From Acidimicrobiaceae bacterium (GTDB lineage: Bacteria; Actinomycetota; Acidimicrobiia; Acidimicrobiales; Aldehydirespiratoraceae), in the NCBI GenBank assembly GCA_009843915.1, contig VYCM01000110.1:17298-81297 (forward strand): a stretch of 64,000 nt of DNA, read 5' to 3'. Under the pieces are notes generated by a model. The model did not search any database, was not told the DNA's origin, and saw only the letters and a list, made by a program, of their open reading frames with translations. Of this stretch, positions 35,508-44,025 are shown piece by piece. A program made the translations under genes and the position numbers. Position 1 is the stretch's first letter. Every line of letters begins with the position of its first letter.

Positions 35508-36536
35508 TCACGCCTCCGGCTCCGCAGTGGGGGTGGCGCCGCACGACTCGCGCACGGCTAGTTCGGTCGGGAACACCACGTGCTCAGGCGTGGAGGCGCC
35601 AGCGATCACGGTCGTGAGCAGGCGCACAGCCCGCTCGCCGACCTCGGTCACGGGCTGCACGACCGACGTCAGCTGGGGCGCGGTGAGGTCCGGCGGCACG
35701 ATGCCGTCGAACGACACCACCGAGATGTCGCCGGGGCAGTTGAGTCCGGCCTCCCTGATGGCTCTCAACGCTCCGACAGCCATGCGGTCCGAGGCCACGA
35801 AGACGGCGTCGGGCCGCTCGGCCAGCAGCCGGTCCATCGCCCTGCGGCCTGACTCCTGGGACCAGTCGCCCTCGACGATGCGGTCCTCGACGCTCAAGCC
35901 CGCTTCGGCCAACCCTTCGAGGAAGCCGCTGCGGCGATCCACTCCGGCGGTCGTGTTCGAGGGCGCCGCAATGAGAGCGGGACGGCGGCACCCGAGCCCG
36001 GCGAGGTGCAGGGCCGCGGTCCGGGCGCCGGCGCGGTTGTCAACGTCGACGCAGAAGGTGGAGCCGGCGTTGTCGGGCCGCCCGACCACCACGAAGGGCA
36101 TGTTGGTGCCCTGCATGTGGTCTATCAGGGGGTCGCCCCTGGTGGTGGCGGTGACGATCACGCCGTCGACGAGGCCGGGCGTGACGACCCGGGAGATGAT
36201 CGAGCGTTCGTCGGGCCCGTCGCCGAACAGGAACAGGGCCAGCGTCATGTCGACTTCGTTGGTCGCGCTGCTGATGCCCAGGATGAGCCGGCCGAAGTAG
36301 GGGTCGTCGAACAGGGTCCCGGCCGCACTGGGTATCACGAGCCCGATGACGCCGGTGCTGTTCGACGCGAGCGAGCGGGCCGCCGCGTGGGGGCGGTAGC
36401 CGGTCTCGGCGATCACGGCCTCCACCCGCCGCTTGGTCTCGGAACTCACGTGCCCACCGTTGACGACCCGCGAGACGGTGGAGCGCGAGACGCCGGCGCG
36501 GCGCCCGACATCCTCCAAGTTCAGCCGTCGTTCCAT
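35508..36536 (-). CDS. LacI-family transcriptional regulator (CelR/CebR-like by operator)
   Basis: HTH LEDVGRRAGVSRSTVSRVVNG. Start MERRLN at 36536 with AAGGAG upstream. A perfect TGGGAGCGCTCCCA palindrome lies in its own promoter. Confidence 0.9.
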   Translation of the reverse strand: MERRLNLEDVGRRAGVSRSTVSRVVNGGHVSSETKRRVEAVIAETGYRPHAAARSLASNSTGVIGLVIPSAAGTLFDDPYFGRLILGISSATNEVDMTLALFLFGDGPDERSIISRVVTPGLVDGVIVTATTRGDPLIDHMQGTNMPFVVVGRPDNAGSTFCVDVDNRAGARTAALHLAGLGCRRPALIAAPSNTTAGVDRRSGFLEGLAEAGLSVEDRIVEGDWSQESGRRAMDRLLAERPDAVFVASDRMAVGALRAIREAGLNCPGDISVVSFDGIVPPDLTAPQLTSVVQPVTEVGERAVRLLTTVIAGASTPEHVVFPTELAVRESCGATPTAEPEA

Positions 36537-36547
36537 GGATCTCCTTT

Positions 36548-36563
36548 TTGGGAGCGCTCCCAA
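36548..36563. promoter_or_regulatory. LacI-family operator O1, perfect 16-bp palindrome TTGGGAGCGCTCCCAA (CelR/CebR-box core TGGGAGCGCTCCCA)
   Basis: Perfect palindrome read directly. It abuts the -10 hexamer and covers the expected transcription start. The core is identical to the published Thermobifida CelR / Streptomyces CebR operator as I recall it. Confidence 0.8.
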
Positions 36564-36591
36564 CCATATGAAGACAGTTGAAGCTTGTCAA
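36563..36591 (-). promoter_or_regulatory. Sigma-70/HrdB-like promoter of the lacI-family gene and downstream glycan operon
   Basis: Minus strand reads TTGACA (36591-36586), a 17-nt spacer, then TATGGT (36568-36563), about 27 nt upstream of ATG 36536. It sits in the most AT-rich stretch of the region. Confidence 0.7.
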
Positions 36592-36615
36592 GTCCACAAC
36601 TATTCGAAGTAAGTG

Positions 36616-36629
36616 TGAGAGCGCTCTCA
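36616..36629. promoter_or_regulatory. Second LacI-type operator O2, perfect 14-bp palindrome TGAGAGCGCTCTCA
   Basis: Perfect palindrome 25 nt upstream of the -35 hexamer. It shares the central GAGCGCTC core with O1. The centre-to-centre distance to O1 is 67 bp. Confidence 0.65.
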
Positions 36630-36685
36630 GGCTATGGGAGCCAAAGCGACGGCTCGTTCAGCTGCCTCGCTGCGCTCGGTCTGGC

Positions 36686-37552
36686 TCAGAAGTTGAACAG
36701 CGACATGGCGGTGCCGCCCCGGATCATTTCGCGCTCGGCCTCGCTGATGCCGCCGAGCAGCTGGTCGATCACGCCGAGGGTCTCGGGGTAGCCGGGCTCC
36801 TCGCGGATCCAGGGCCAGTCCGAGGCCATCACCATTCGCTCCGCGCCGAAGGCGGCGTAGATCCGGTCGGTGGTCTCCTGGAGGTCCCGGTAGGGATAGG
36901 GGGCGCCGCTGAAGGCGTAGTGCCCGGAGAGATGGACGTGAACGCTGGGGTGCTTGGCCGCCAGCGCCTCCACCACCTCCAGGCCGGGCGGGGGCAGCGG
37001 CATGTCGAACCGGGGCCTCCGGTAGTCGTCCACCCGCAGCTCCAGGTGCATGTTGGGCAGGAACCCCAGATGGTTGAGCACCACCTTCAAGCCGGGCAGC
37101 AGCTCCAGGCAGCCGTCGAGCAGGGCCACCTGGTCGGCCGGCCCGTAGAACCAGGCCTTCATGCCGGCGTCGCGCATGGCGGCCAGAGCCGGGAACACCG
37201 CCAGCGATTCGGGGTCGGAGCCGGGCTCGCCCTCCAGGCCGTAGAACCTGACGCCCTCGATTCCGGCGTCGATTCTGCGCTGCAGAGTGGCCAGCGGATC
37301 GGAGTCCTCGAAGTCGTAGACAGCGACGCCCGCGAACTTGCCCGGGTGGTCGGCGAGCACCTCGGCCAGGAAGCGGTCGTGCGGGGACAGGGCGCAGAAG
37401 ACGGCCCGGTCCACCCCGGCGGCGTCCATCGCTTCGAGCAGGCGCGCCGCGGTCTCCTCCCGCTCGGGCGGCGCCATGATGTCGAAGATGGCCCGCGGGT
37501 AGTCGTCACTGACGGGCTTGAAGAGATGGAGGTGGCCATCCACTACGTCCAT
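36686..37552 (-). CDS. Amidohydrolase-2 family metal-dependent hydrolase
   Basis: N-terminal DGHLHLF, with later His and Asp (HLSGH, SDWPW) typical of PF04909-like TIM-barrel hydrolases. Confidence 0.7.
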   Translation of the reverse strand: MDVVDGHLHLFKPVSDDYPRAIFDIMAPPEREETAARLLEAMDAAGVDRAVFCALSPHDRFLAEVLADHPGKFAGVAVYDFEDSDPLATLQRRIDAGIEGVRFYGLEGEPGSDPESLAVFPALAAMRDAGMKAWFYGPADQVALLDGCLELLPGLKVVLNHLGFLPNMHLELRVDDYRRPRFDMPLPPPGLEVVEALAAKHPSVHVHLSGHYAFSGAPYPYRDLQETTDRIYAAFGAERMVMASDWPWIREEPGYPETLGVIDQLLGGISEAEREMIRGGTAMSLFNF

Positions 37553-37577
37553 GGCGATTCGCCTTTCTGTTCGTCCG

Positions 37578-38279
37578 CTACTCGTCTGTGCCTTGTTCTT
37601 CGGAGTCTTGCCCGTGGGCGGTCTGCTCGGCGATCCAGGCGAGGTGGTGGGAGGTGAGGTGCCGGCGCATGAACATCACCAGCTGCTCCACCAGGTGAGG
37701 GTGCTCCTGTAGCAGGGTCGGTCCGCGCAGCGCGGTGCCCGTAGAGATCCACATGTTCTGGCCTCGCATCTTCGAATGGCTCGTTCGCACATGCTCATGG
37801 ACGGGCTCGTCGTGAGCGCCGGTGAACAGCACCCGCATGGAGGGGACCGAGCCGATGCCGTCGTCGCTGTCGTCAGCGGTGCCTGATCCGGGCGCGGGGC
37901 TGATCACCGCATGGACCGGAGCTCCGTGCTCGCCGCCGAGTTCGAAGGCGGCGCCGGCCGCGGTCCCGTGGACCACGAGCCCGCAGGGGCCGAAGGCACC
38001 CTGTACCTCGGCCAGCGCGCCGGTCACGTCATTGACGGTGGCGGACGGGTCGGGCTCGCCATCGGACAGGCCGTGGCCCCGCAGCTCCAGGCAGATCACC
38101 CGGAAGCCCTCCGACCTCACTGCGGGCGCCACCGAACCCCATGCGTCCAGGTCTTCGCCGAGGTCGTGCACGAACAGCAGCGGCGGTCCGTCGGCAGGAT
38201 GCTCGATCCCCCGCAGCACCGTCCCGTCGGCCAGGGCGACCTCGATCGGAAATGGCTTCGACAGCGCCATGTCAGCCAC
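37578..38279 (-). CDS. Alpha/beta-hydrolase-fold protein with degenerate nucleophile elbow
   Basis: PLLFVHDLG...RGHGLSDG is a typical alpha/beta-hydrolase N-terminal half. The expected GxSxG elbow reads VVHGTAAG (no Ser). GTG 38279 or ATG 38270 start. Confidence 0.65.
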   Translation of the reverse strand: MADMALSKPFPIEVALADGTVLRGIEHPADGPPLLFVHDLGEDLDAWGSVAPAVRSEGFRVICLELRGHGLSDGEPDPSATVNDVTGALAEVQGAFGPCGLVVHGTAAGAAFELGGEHGAPVHAVISPAPGSGTADDSDDGIGSVPSMRVLFTGAHDEPVHEHVRTSHSKMRGQNMWISTGTALRGPTLLQEHPHLVEQLVMFMRRHLTSHHLAWIAEQTAHGQDSEEQGTDE

Positions 38280-38282
38280 CGG

Positions 38283-39293
38283 CTAGAACGGCTGGGGGTT
38301 GAAGCAGCGGAAGCCCACTCCGGCCTCCACCTCGTGGGGCGGGTGGTCGCTCCAGCACTGCTCCAGAGCGTGGGGGCATCGGGGGGCGAAGCGGCATCCC
38401 GGGGGCATCATCTGCATGGGCGGGACCAGCCCCGGAATCGGAACCAGCTCCCGGCGTTTGCGGCTCACGTGGGGGAGGGCCCGCAGCAGGCCCTGCGTGT
38501 AGGGATGGCGCGGGTTGGAGAACAGCTCGTCGACCGGACCCTCCTCCACGATCTCGCCCGCGTACATCACCGCCACCCGGTCGGCGATCGAAGCCACCAC
38601 AGCCAGGTCGTGAGTGATGAGCAGCATCGACATGTGGCGGTCCTGCTGCTCGGAGCGCAGCCGCTCGAGGATCTGGGCCTGCACGGTCACGTCGAGCGCG
38701 GTGGTGGGCTCGTCGGCGATGAGGATCTCGGGGTCCAGCACCAGGGCGGTGGCGATCATCACCCGCTGGCGCATCCCGCCCGACAGCTCGTGCGGGTAGG
38801 AGTCGAAGCGCTCGGTGGGGGCGGGCAGGCCGACGGCGCGCAGGATCTCGACGCTCATTTCGCGGGCCTCGGCCTTGGTGGCGTCCCGGTGCGTGCGGAT
38901 CACCTCGGTCATCACCTGACCCACTGTGAACACCGGATCGAGCGATGTCAGCGGATCCTGGAAGATCATCGAGATCCGCTCCGAGCGCACGTCGCGAACC
39001 CGGCGCTCGGGCAACTCGGTGAGGTCGGTTCCGTCGAAAACGACCTCACCGGACGTGATCCGCACGGGGGGAGTGGGCAGCAGCCGCATGATCGACAGCG
39101 CGGTGATCGTCTTGCCGCAGCCGCTCTCGCCCACCAGGCACAGCACCTCGTTGGGGTTGATGTCGAAGGACACGTCTCGGACCACGTCGAAGGATCCCTC
39201 CGGCGTGGCCACCGCGGTGTGGAGGTTGCGGACCGACAGGACCGGCGCCTTGGTCGAGCCGTTGGTGGCGGCCTGAACTGAGGACATGCTCAC
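38283..39293 (-). CDS. Oligopeptide/dipeptide ABC transporter ATP-binding protein (OppD/DppD type)
   Basis: Walker A GESGCGKT, signature LSGGMRQR, Walker [12 protein letters not shown], and C-terminal HPYTQGLL / CRFAPRC. Confidence 0.9.
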   Translation of the reverse strand: MSMSSVQAATNGSTKAPVLSVRNLHTAVATPEGSFDVVRDVSFDINPNEVLCLVGESGCGKTITALSIMRLLPTPPVRITSGEVVFDGTDLTELPERRVRDVRSERISMIFQDPLTSLDPVFTVGQVMTEVIRTHRDATKAEAREMSVEILRAVGLPAPTERFDSYPHELSGGMRQRVMIATALVLDPEILIADEPTTALDVTVQAQILERLRSEQQDRHMSMLLITHDLAVVASIADRVAVMYAGEIVEEGPVDELFSNPRHPYTQGLLRALPHVSRKRRELVPIPGLVPPMQMMPPGCRFAPRCPHALEQCWSDHPPHEVEAGVGFRCFNPQPF

Positions 39294-39300
39294 GGCGGGC

Positions 39301-40218
39301 TCATGCCTTGCGCAGCCTGGGGTTGGCCACGGTGTAGCCGACGTCGGCTGCCCAGTTGCTCAGCACGACGATGGCGATCAGCACCAGCGAGAAGAACTGG
39401 GCCACCGGGTAGTCGCGCCTCAGCACCGCGTTGACCAGCACCTGGCCCAGGCCGGGCCAGCCGAAGATCGTCTCCACCACCAGCGCGTAGCCGACGATCT
39501 GGCCGATCCGCAGCCCGGCCAGCGAGATGATCGGCACCATGGCGTTGCGCAGCACGTGCTTGCCGATGATGCTCGTCTCCGACAGGCCGCCCGCCCGCAG
39601 CGTTCTAACGAAGTCCTGGCCGAGGTTCTCCAGCATGGCCGAGCGGGTCATCCTCACGGTCAGGGCGATCCCCTCCATGGCCAGCACCACCGCGGGCAGG
39701 ATCAACTGCTTGAAGCTGCAGCACCCCGCCGAAGGCAGCCATCCCAGCGTGGACGCGAATAACCACACCGTCAGCAGGGCCAGCCAGAAGTTGGGCACGG
39801 CCATGCCGGCCACCGAGAACGTCATCACCGAGCCGTCTGCCCAACTGTTTCGTCTGACCGCGGCCAGGATGCCCAACGGGACCCCGATGGCGAAAACCAG
39901 CCCGAAGGCGGCCGCGCCCAGTATCAGGCTGTTCTTGCCGTGGTGGGTGAGCATGTCGAAGATGTCGGCGTTGTTGGTGAGCGACTTGCCGAGGTCGAAG
40001 GTGAGCAGGCGGCCCATGTAGCGGAAGTACTGCTCGTGGACCGGGTCGTTGAGGCCCAGCAGCTCCCGGAACTCCTCGCGCTCCTCGAAGGAGGCCGAGG
40101 CGGGAAGCCGGGCCGACACCGCGTCGCCGCCCGAGAGCCGGATGGCGTAGAAGACCGCGATCGACGACAGCAGCAGCACGATGAGCGTGTAAATGGAGCG
40201 GGCCGCGATGCGCTTCAT
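39301..40218 (-). CDS. Peptide ABC transporter permease (DppB/OppB-like)
   Basis: MKRIAARSIYTLIVLL N-terminus and multi-TM organisation typical of DppB. Confidence 0.9.
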   Translation of the reverse strand: MKRIAARSIYTLIVLLLSSIAVFYAIRLSGGDAVSARLPASASFEEREEFRELLGLNDPVHEQYFRYMGRLLTFDLGKSLTNNADIFDMLTHHGKNSLILGAAAFGLVFAIGVPLGILAAVRRNSWADGSVMTFSVAGMAVPNFWLALLTVWLFASTLGWLPSAGCCSFKQLILPAVVLAMEGIALTVRMTRSAMLENLGQDFVRTLRAGGLSETSIIGKHVLRNAMVPIISLAGLRIGQIVGYALVVETIFGWPGLGQVLVNAVLRRDYPVAQFFSLVLIAIVVLSNWAADVGYTVANPRLRKA

Positions 40219-40237
40219 GCCAGGGTGCCCCGGGTGC

Positions 40238-41197
40238 TCATTGCTCGTCCACCGACTTGGCCTCGTGGCGCAGGCGGGGGTCGAACACGTCCCGCAGCCC
40301 GTCGCCGATGAGGCTCACCGACAGCACCACCAGCACGATGGCGATGCCGGGGATGGTCGACTCCCAGTGGTTGAGCCGCAGGAAGTTGCGGCCGTCGGCC
40401 ACCATCTGCCCCAGGCTCGGGGTGGGAGGCTGGGCGCCCAGGCCGATGAACGACAGGGCGGCCTCGGCGATCACGGCCACCGCCACGTAGTAGGACGCCA
40501 GCACGAAGGCGGGGGCCAGGATGTTGGGGAAGATGTGGCGCCACATGATGCGCATGGACGAGTAGCCGCCGGCCCGGGCCGCCTCCACGAACTCCCGCTG
40601 CGACAGGGTCAGCACCTCGCCCCGCACCACGCGGGCGATGGCCGCGGTGTTGACCAGCCCCACGGCCAGGATCACCGGGAACAGGCCGCCGCCCATCCCA
40701 CCGACGAACAGCACGGCCAGCAGGATCAGCGGGAAGCCCCAGATGAAGTCGACAGCCCCTCCGATGGAGCGGTCGGTCCAGCCCCGCAGGTAGCCGGCCA
40801 GCATGCCTAGCACGATGCCGGCTATCAGCGCGAGCAGGGTCACCCCGGCGGCCACGGTCAGGCTCACCCTGATGCCCACGAAGACCCTTACCGCCATATC
40901 CCGTCCGAGGGCGTCGGTGCCGAAGATGTGGCCGTCGCTGAGCGGCTTGAGGTGGATGGCCGAGTAGTCCTGGGAGACGTAGTCGCCGCCAGTGATCCAC
41001 GGCCCCAAGATTCCCGCGGCCAGCACGACCACGCCGAGGGCCGACCCCAGCAGCAGCAGCCGGTTGTGGCGCATGCGGCGAAGGCTGCGCCGCATGCTGC
41101 CGATGTGCTGGGCCTCCTCCAGCTCCAGGAGCCGGTGCTCCCAGTCGAGACGGCGCGCCTCGACTACTGCCGTTGCGCCGTCCGTGGCGGCGGTCAC
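40238..41197 (-). CDS. Peptide ABC transporter permease (DppC/OppC-like)
   Basis: Multi-TM, FVEAARAGG EAA-loop. Start uncertain (GTG 41197 or the internal MRRSLRR). Confidence 0.85.
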   Translation of the reverse strand: MTAATDGATAVVEARRLDWEHRLLELEEAQHIGSMRRSLRRMRHNRLLLLGSALGVVVLAAGILGPWITGGDYVSQDYSAIHLKPLSDGHIFGTDALGRDMAVRVFVGIRVSLTVAAGVTLLALIAGIVLGMLAGYLRGWTDRSIGGAVDFIWGFPLILLAVLFVGGMGGGLFPVILAVGLVNTAAIARVVRGEVLTLSQREFVEAARAGGYSSMRIMWRHIFPNILAPAFVLASYYVAVAVIAEAALSFIGLGAQPPTPSLGQMVADGRNFLRLNHWESTIPGIAIVLVVLSVSLIGDGLRDVFDPRLRHEAKSVDEQ

Positions 41198-41240
41198 GGC
41201 GCCGCCGCTGTGCTCGTCAGGCTCGTGGCCCCTATGCCCC

Positions 41241-43046
41241 CTAGCCCTCGATCCACGTGTCGTTGTAGTACGGGTAGAGGTTCCACACGAACGGCTGCCA
41301 GCCGTGCACCTTGTTGTGGTGCACGAACGTGGCGTTCTGGTTCATGATCGGCAGGTAGGGCAGCTGCTCGGCCCAGGCCAGCTGGAACTCCGACGACGCG
41401 GCCTGCGCCTCGGCCTCGGTGCCCGACTGCTGCCACGCGGCGATGGCGTCGTCGATGCGGGGCTCGACCGCGTGCGAGAAGTTCGGCACCGGGATGGTGG
41501 CCGACCAGCCGAACAGGATGAGCACATCGAGGGGAATAGGCCACAGCCAGAAGAACAGCGACATCTCTACCGAGTCGCGTCCCGGCCGGCTCTGCTCGGC
41601 GAAGGCGAGGCCGCGGTCGACGACGTTGAGGTTGGCCCTCACGCCGACCTTGGCGAACTGGGCCGACACCGCGGCGGCCACGTTCTTCTGCACCGACTCG
41701 TCCTCGACCAGGTAGCGGAACTCGAAGCGGACGCCGTCGCGCACCCGCACGCCGTCGTCGCCCATCACCCAGCCGGCCTCGTCGAGCTTCGCGTTGGCCA
41801 GATCCACGTCGAACTGGTTGAACTGCTCCACCGCGGGGTCGTATTGGCGGTCGGTGGTGGGGAACGGCCCGTAGGTGGCCGCTCCGTTGCCGGCCAGGAT
41901 GGCGTTGACCATGCCCTCGCGGTCCAGCGAGTGCGACAGCCCCTGGCGGGTCAGCACGTCGCCGAACAGCTCGTCGTAGTCCCGGTTCATGGCCAGGTGG
42001 AAGCCCGACCACTCGGGATGGCGGATCACCGTCAGGTCGGAGTTGTTCTCCAGCCTGGAGATGTCGATGTGGGCCGGGTTGATGAGCGTGTCGATGTCGC
42101 CGTTCTCGAGCTGGGTGGCCCGCTGGCCTTCCTCGGTGATGACCGTCCAGCGGATGCCGTCGAGGTAGGCCGGGCCCTTATTCTCGAAGAACGGGGTGTT
42201 CGAGCCGGGGTAGTCGGCCCAGCGGCTCACCGACACGTGGCTGCCCGGCACCCACTCCTCGTGGGTGAACGGCCCGGTGCCGTCGGCGAACTCGGTCCCG
42301 TAGGTGGACTCGGGATTCAGCGTGCCGTCGGCATTGAGCGAGCTTTCCTTCCAGGTGTTGATGTTGAGGATGCGCCAGTAGCCGGTCTTGTGCGGCCCGA
42401 GCGCGCCCAACCAGGCGTTCTTCATCTTCATGACCACGGTGTTGCCGTCGGCCTCGTATGTGTCGACCGGAGCCGCCAGGCCCGCGATGAAGCTGTAGGC
42501 CTGAACCGAGCGGTAGAACTCGGCTACCGCCTCGGCGTCGACCGTCCCGCCTGAGTGGGAGATCTTGCCCTCGGGAATATCGAAGGTGTAGGTCAGCCCG
42601 TCGTCTGAGACGGAGAAGCCCGATGCGAACTGGGGCACATCGGCGCCCGACGGGTCGTTGGACAGGATGGCTTCGTAGATGGCGAAGAAGGCTGGGTCGT
42701 ACCAGTTGGTGGTGAGCGGGTCGTGCTTGGAGACGTCCCGGTTGTAGCCCTCCCGCAGGGTGCCGCCCTGGGTGGGACCGGTGGCGGCCGGCTCCTCCGG
42801 GGCAGCGGTGGTGGCCGGAGCGGCGTCGTCGGTGTCGGCCGGCTCGGCCGGGGCCGCAGTGGTGGTAGGTGCGGCCTCCTCGTCGTCGCCGCAGGCGGCC
42901 AGGATGCTGGCCGCGGCCGCAACTCCTACGCCTGTCATACCCAGGCGCTTCATGAACGCCCGGCGGTCGAGCTGGTTGGCCTGGTACTGATCGGCGAGCT
43001 CGGCGACCTCCGGCCCGTACTCGTCTCTAATCCACGAAGTCCCCAT
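41241..43046 (-). CDS. Peptide/nickel-type (family 5) ABC substrate-binding lipoprotein, Tat-type signal
   Basis: Start MGTSWIRD at 43046 with AAGGGGG upstream. DRRAFMKRLG twin-Arg motif, ILAAC lipobox, Pro/Thr/Ala/Asp linker, then a family-5 SBP-length body. Confidence 0.85.
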   Translation of the reverse strand: MGTSWIRDEYGPEVAELADQYQANQLDRRAFMKRLGMTGVGVAAAASILAACGDDEEAAPTTTAAPAEPADTDDAAPATTAAPEEPAATGPTQGGTLREGYNRDVSKHDPLTTNWYDPAFFAIYEAILSNDPSGADVPQFASGFSVSDDGLTYTFDIPEGKISHSGGTVDAEAVAEFYRSVQAYSFIAGLAAPVDTYEADGNTVVMKMKNAWLGALGPHKTGYWRILNINTWKESSLNADGTLNPESTYGTEFADGTGPFTHEEWVPGSHVSVSRWADYPGSNTPFFENKGPAYLDGIRWTVITEEGQRATQLENGDIDTLINPAHIDISRLENNSDLTVIRHPEWSGFHLAMNRDYDELFGDVLTRQGLSHSLDREGMVNAILAGNGAATYGPFPTTDRQYDPAVEQFNQFDVDLANAKLDEAGWVMGDDGVRVRDGVRFEFRYLVEDESVQKNVAAAVSAQFAKVGVRANLNVVDRGLAFAEQSRPGRDSVEMSLFFWLWPIPLDVLILFGWSATIPVPNFSHAVEPRIDDAIAAWQQSGTEAEAQAASSEFQLAWAEQLPYLPIMNQNATFVHHNKVHGWQPFVWNLYPYYNDTWIEG

Positions 43047-43129
43047 GGGACGCCCCCTTTTCCAGAGTGATGAGTGTGCGGCCGACACGGTGTGGCTACG
43101 GCCGGAGCCGAAACCGTATACCAAATCGT

Positions 43130-43162
43130 GAGACGGCGACTAGTCGCGGCCGGCGCCGTCTC
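43130..43162 (-). terminator. Stem-loop downstream of the Ntn-hydrolase gene (candidate intrinsic terminator or attenuator ahead of the peptide-ABC operon)
   Basis: The 9-bp GC-rich stem GAGACGGCG / CGCCGTCTC encloses a 15-nt loop that contains the palindrome GCGACTAGTCGC. On the minus strand it is followed by ACGATTTGG, a weak T run. Confidence 0.4.
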
Positions 43163-43172
43163 GATTCCGCTC

Positions 43173-43982
43173 TCAGAGGTCGTTGACGGCCTGAGCCGAC
43201 GGGTATGAACTCCTGAAGTCGCTCGCCGCGCCCGCGGACCAGAGTGCGCCTAGAGGCACGGTCAATTCGACGACTTCGGGCTTGGTGCACGGCTGGCCCT
43301 GGGCCACGCGCAGCGAAGTAGATCCCGCTCGGTGCCGCAGGACGTAGGAGTACACGGTCCGGTAGCCCTGGTGGTTGCAGATGCCGGTGTCGCCGTCGTC
43401 GTGGGAGCGCTGCAGGGCGAAGATGTCGTCGATCCCGCCAGCTTCGTCCAGCCTGCGCTGGGCCGAGGCCAGGCGCCTCTGGGTGGTGACGGTGTCGTCG
43501 TCATCGGGGTGAGGCTTGAGGGCGATGTGGTGGTTGGAGCGAGCCGCCGGACCGGCGAGCGCGGTTACCTCGGTCCGGTCGCCCCGCACCTCCACCGCCG
43601 CAGCCGCGACTGCGTCGATCATGATCAGGTTGGCCCACAGGTAGGGCTTCGACTCGACTGCCTCCTGCACGGCCGAGACGGCCGAGTCGACGTCACGTCC
43701 CTCGCGCAGGGCGATCTCGGTCAGTTCGTCGTAGTTGGCGTGCCCGTCCAGGGTGCGCACGTTGGAGTCGCAGCACAGCAGTCCGTGCTCGTTGGCTCCG
43801 ATCGAGAATCCCGAGAACTCGTCGAGGTCCGGATCGGTCCCGGCCCAGGTGGTCACGCCCTGCACGCCGAAGACGTCGGGTTCGGTCACGAGCCGGTCAT
43901 CGAAGTGGGTCCGCCCGAAGTCCTTATTCTTGAACAGCAGGTAATCGCCCTCACCGATCCTCAGCACTCCGGTCGTGCACAT
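43173..43982 (-). CDS. Ntn-hydrolase superfamily protein (choloylglycine hydrolase / peptidase C45-C59-like, N-terminal Cys)
   Basis: Begins MCT......G..LLFKNKD, paralleling the MCT...GRNxD N-terminus of linear-amide C-N hydrolases. At 269 aa it is shorter than characterised members. Confidence 0.55.
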   Translation of the reverse strand: MCTTGVLRIGEGDYLLFKNKDFGRTHFDDRLVTEPDVFGVQGVTTWAGTDPDLDEFSGFSIGANEHGLLCCDSNVRTLDGHANYDELTEIALREGRDVDSAVSAVQEAVESKPYLWANLIMIDAVAAAAVEVRGDRTEVTALAGPAARSNHHIALKPHPDDDDTVTTQRRLASAQRRLDEAGGIDDIFALQRSHDDGDTGICNHQGYRTVYSYVLRHRAGSTSLRVAQGQPCTKPEVVELTVPLGALWSAGAASDFRSSYPSAQAVNDL

Positions 43983-44025
43983 GGTGTCTTCTCACCTGCC
44001 CCCGTAGCCCTCTAGCCTCGGCCCG

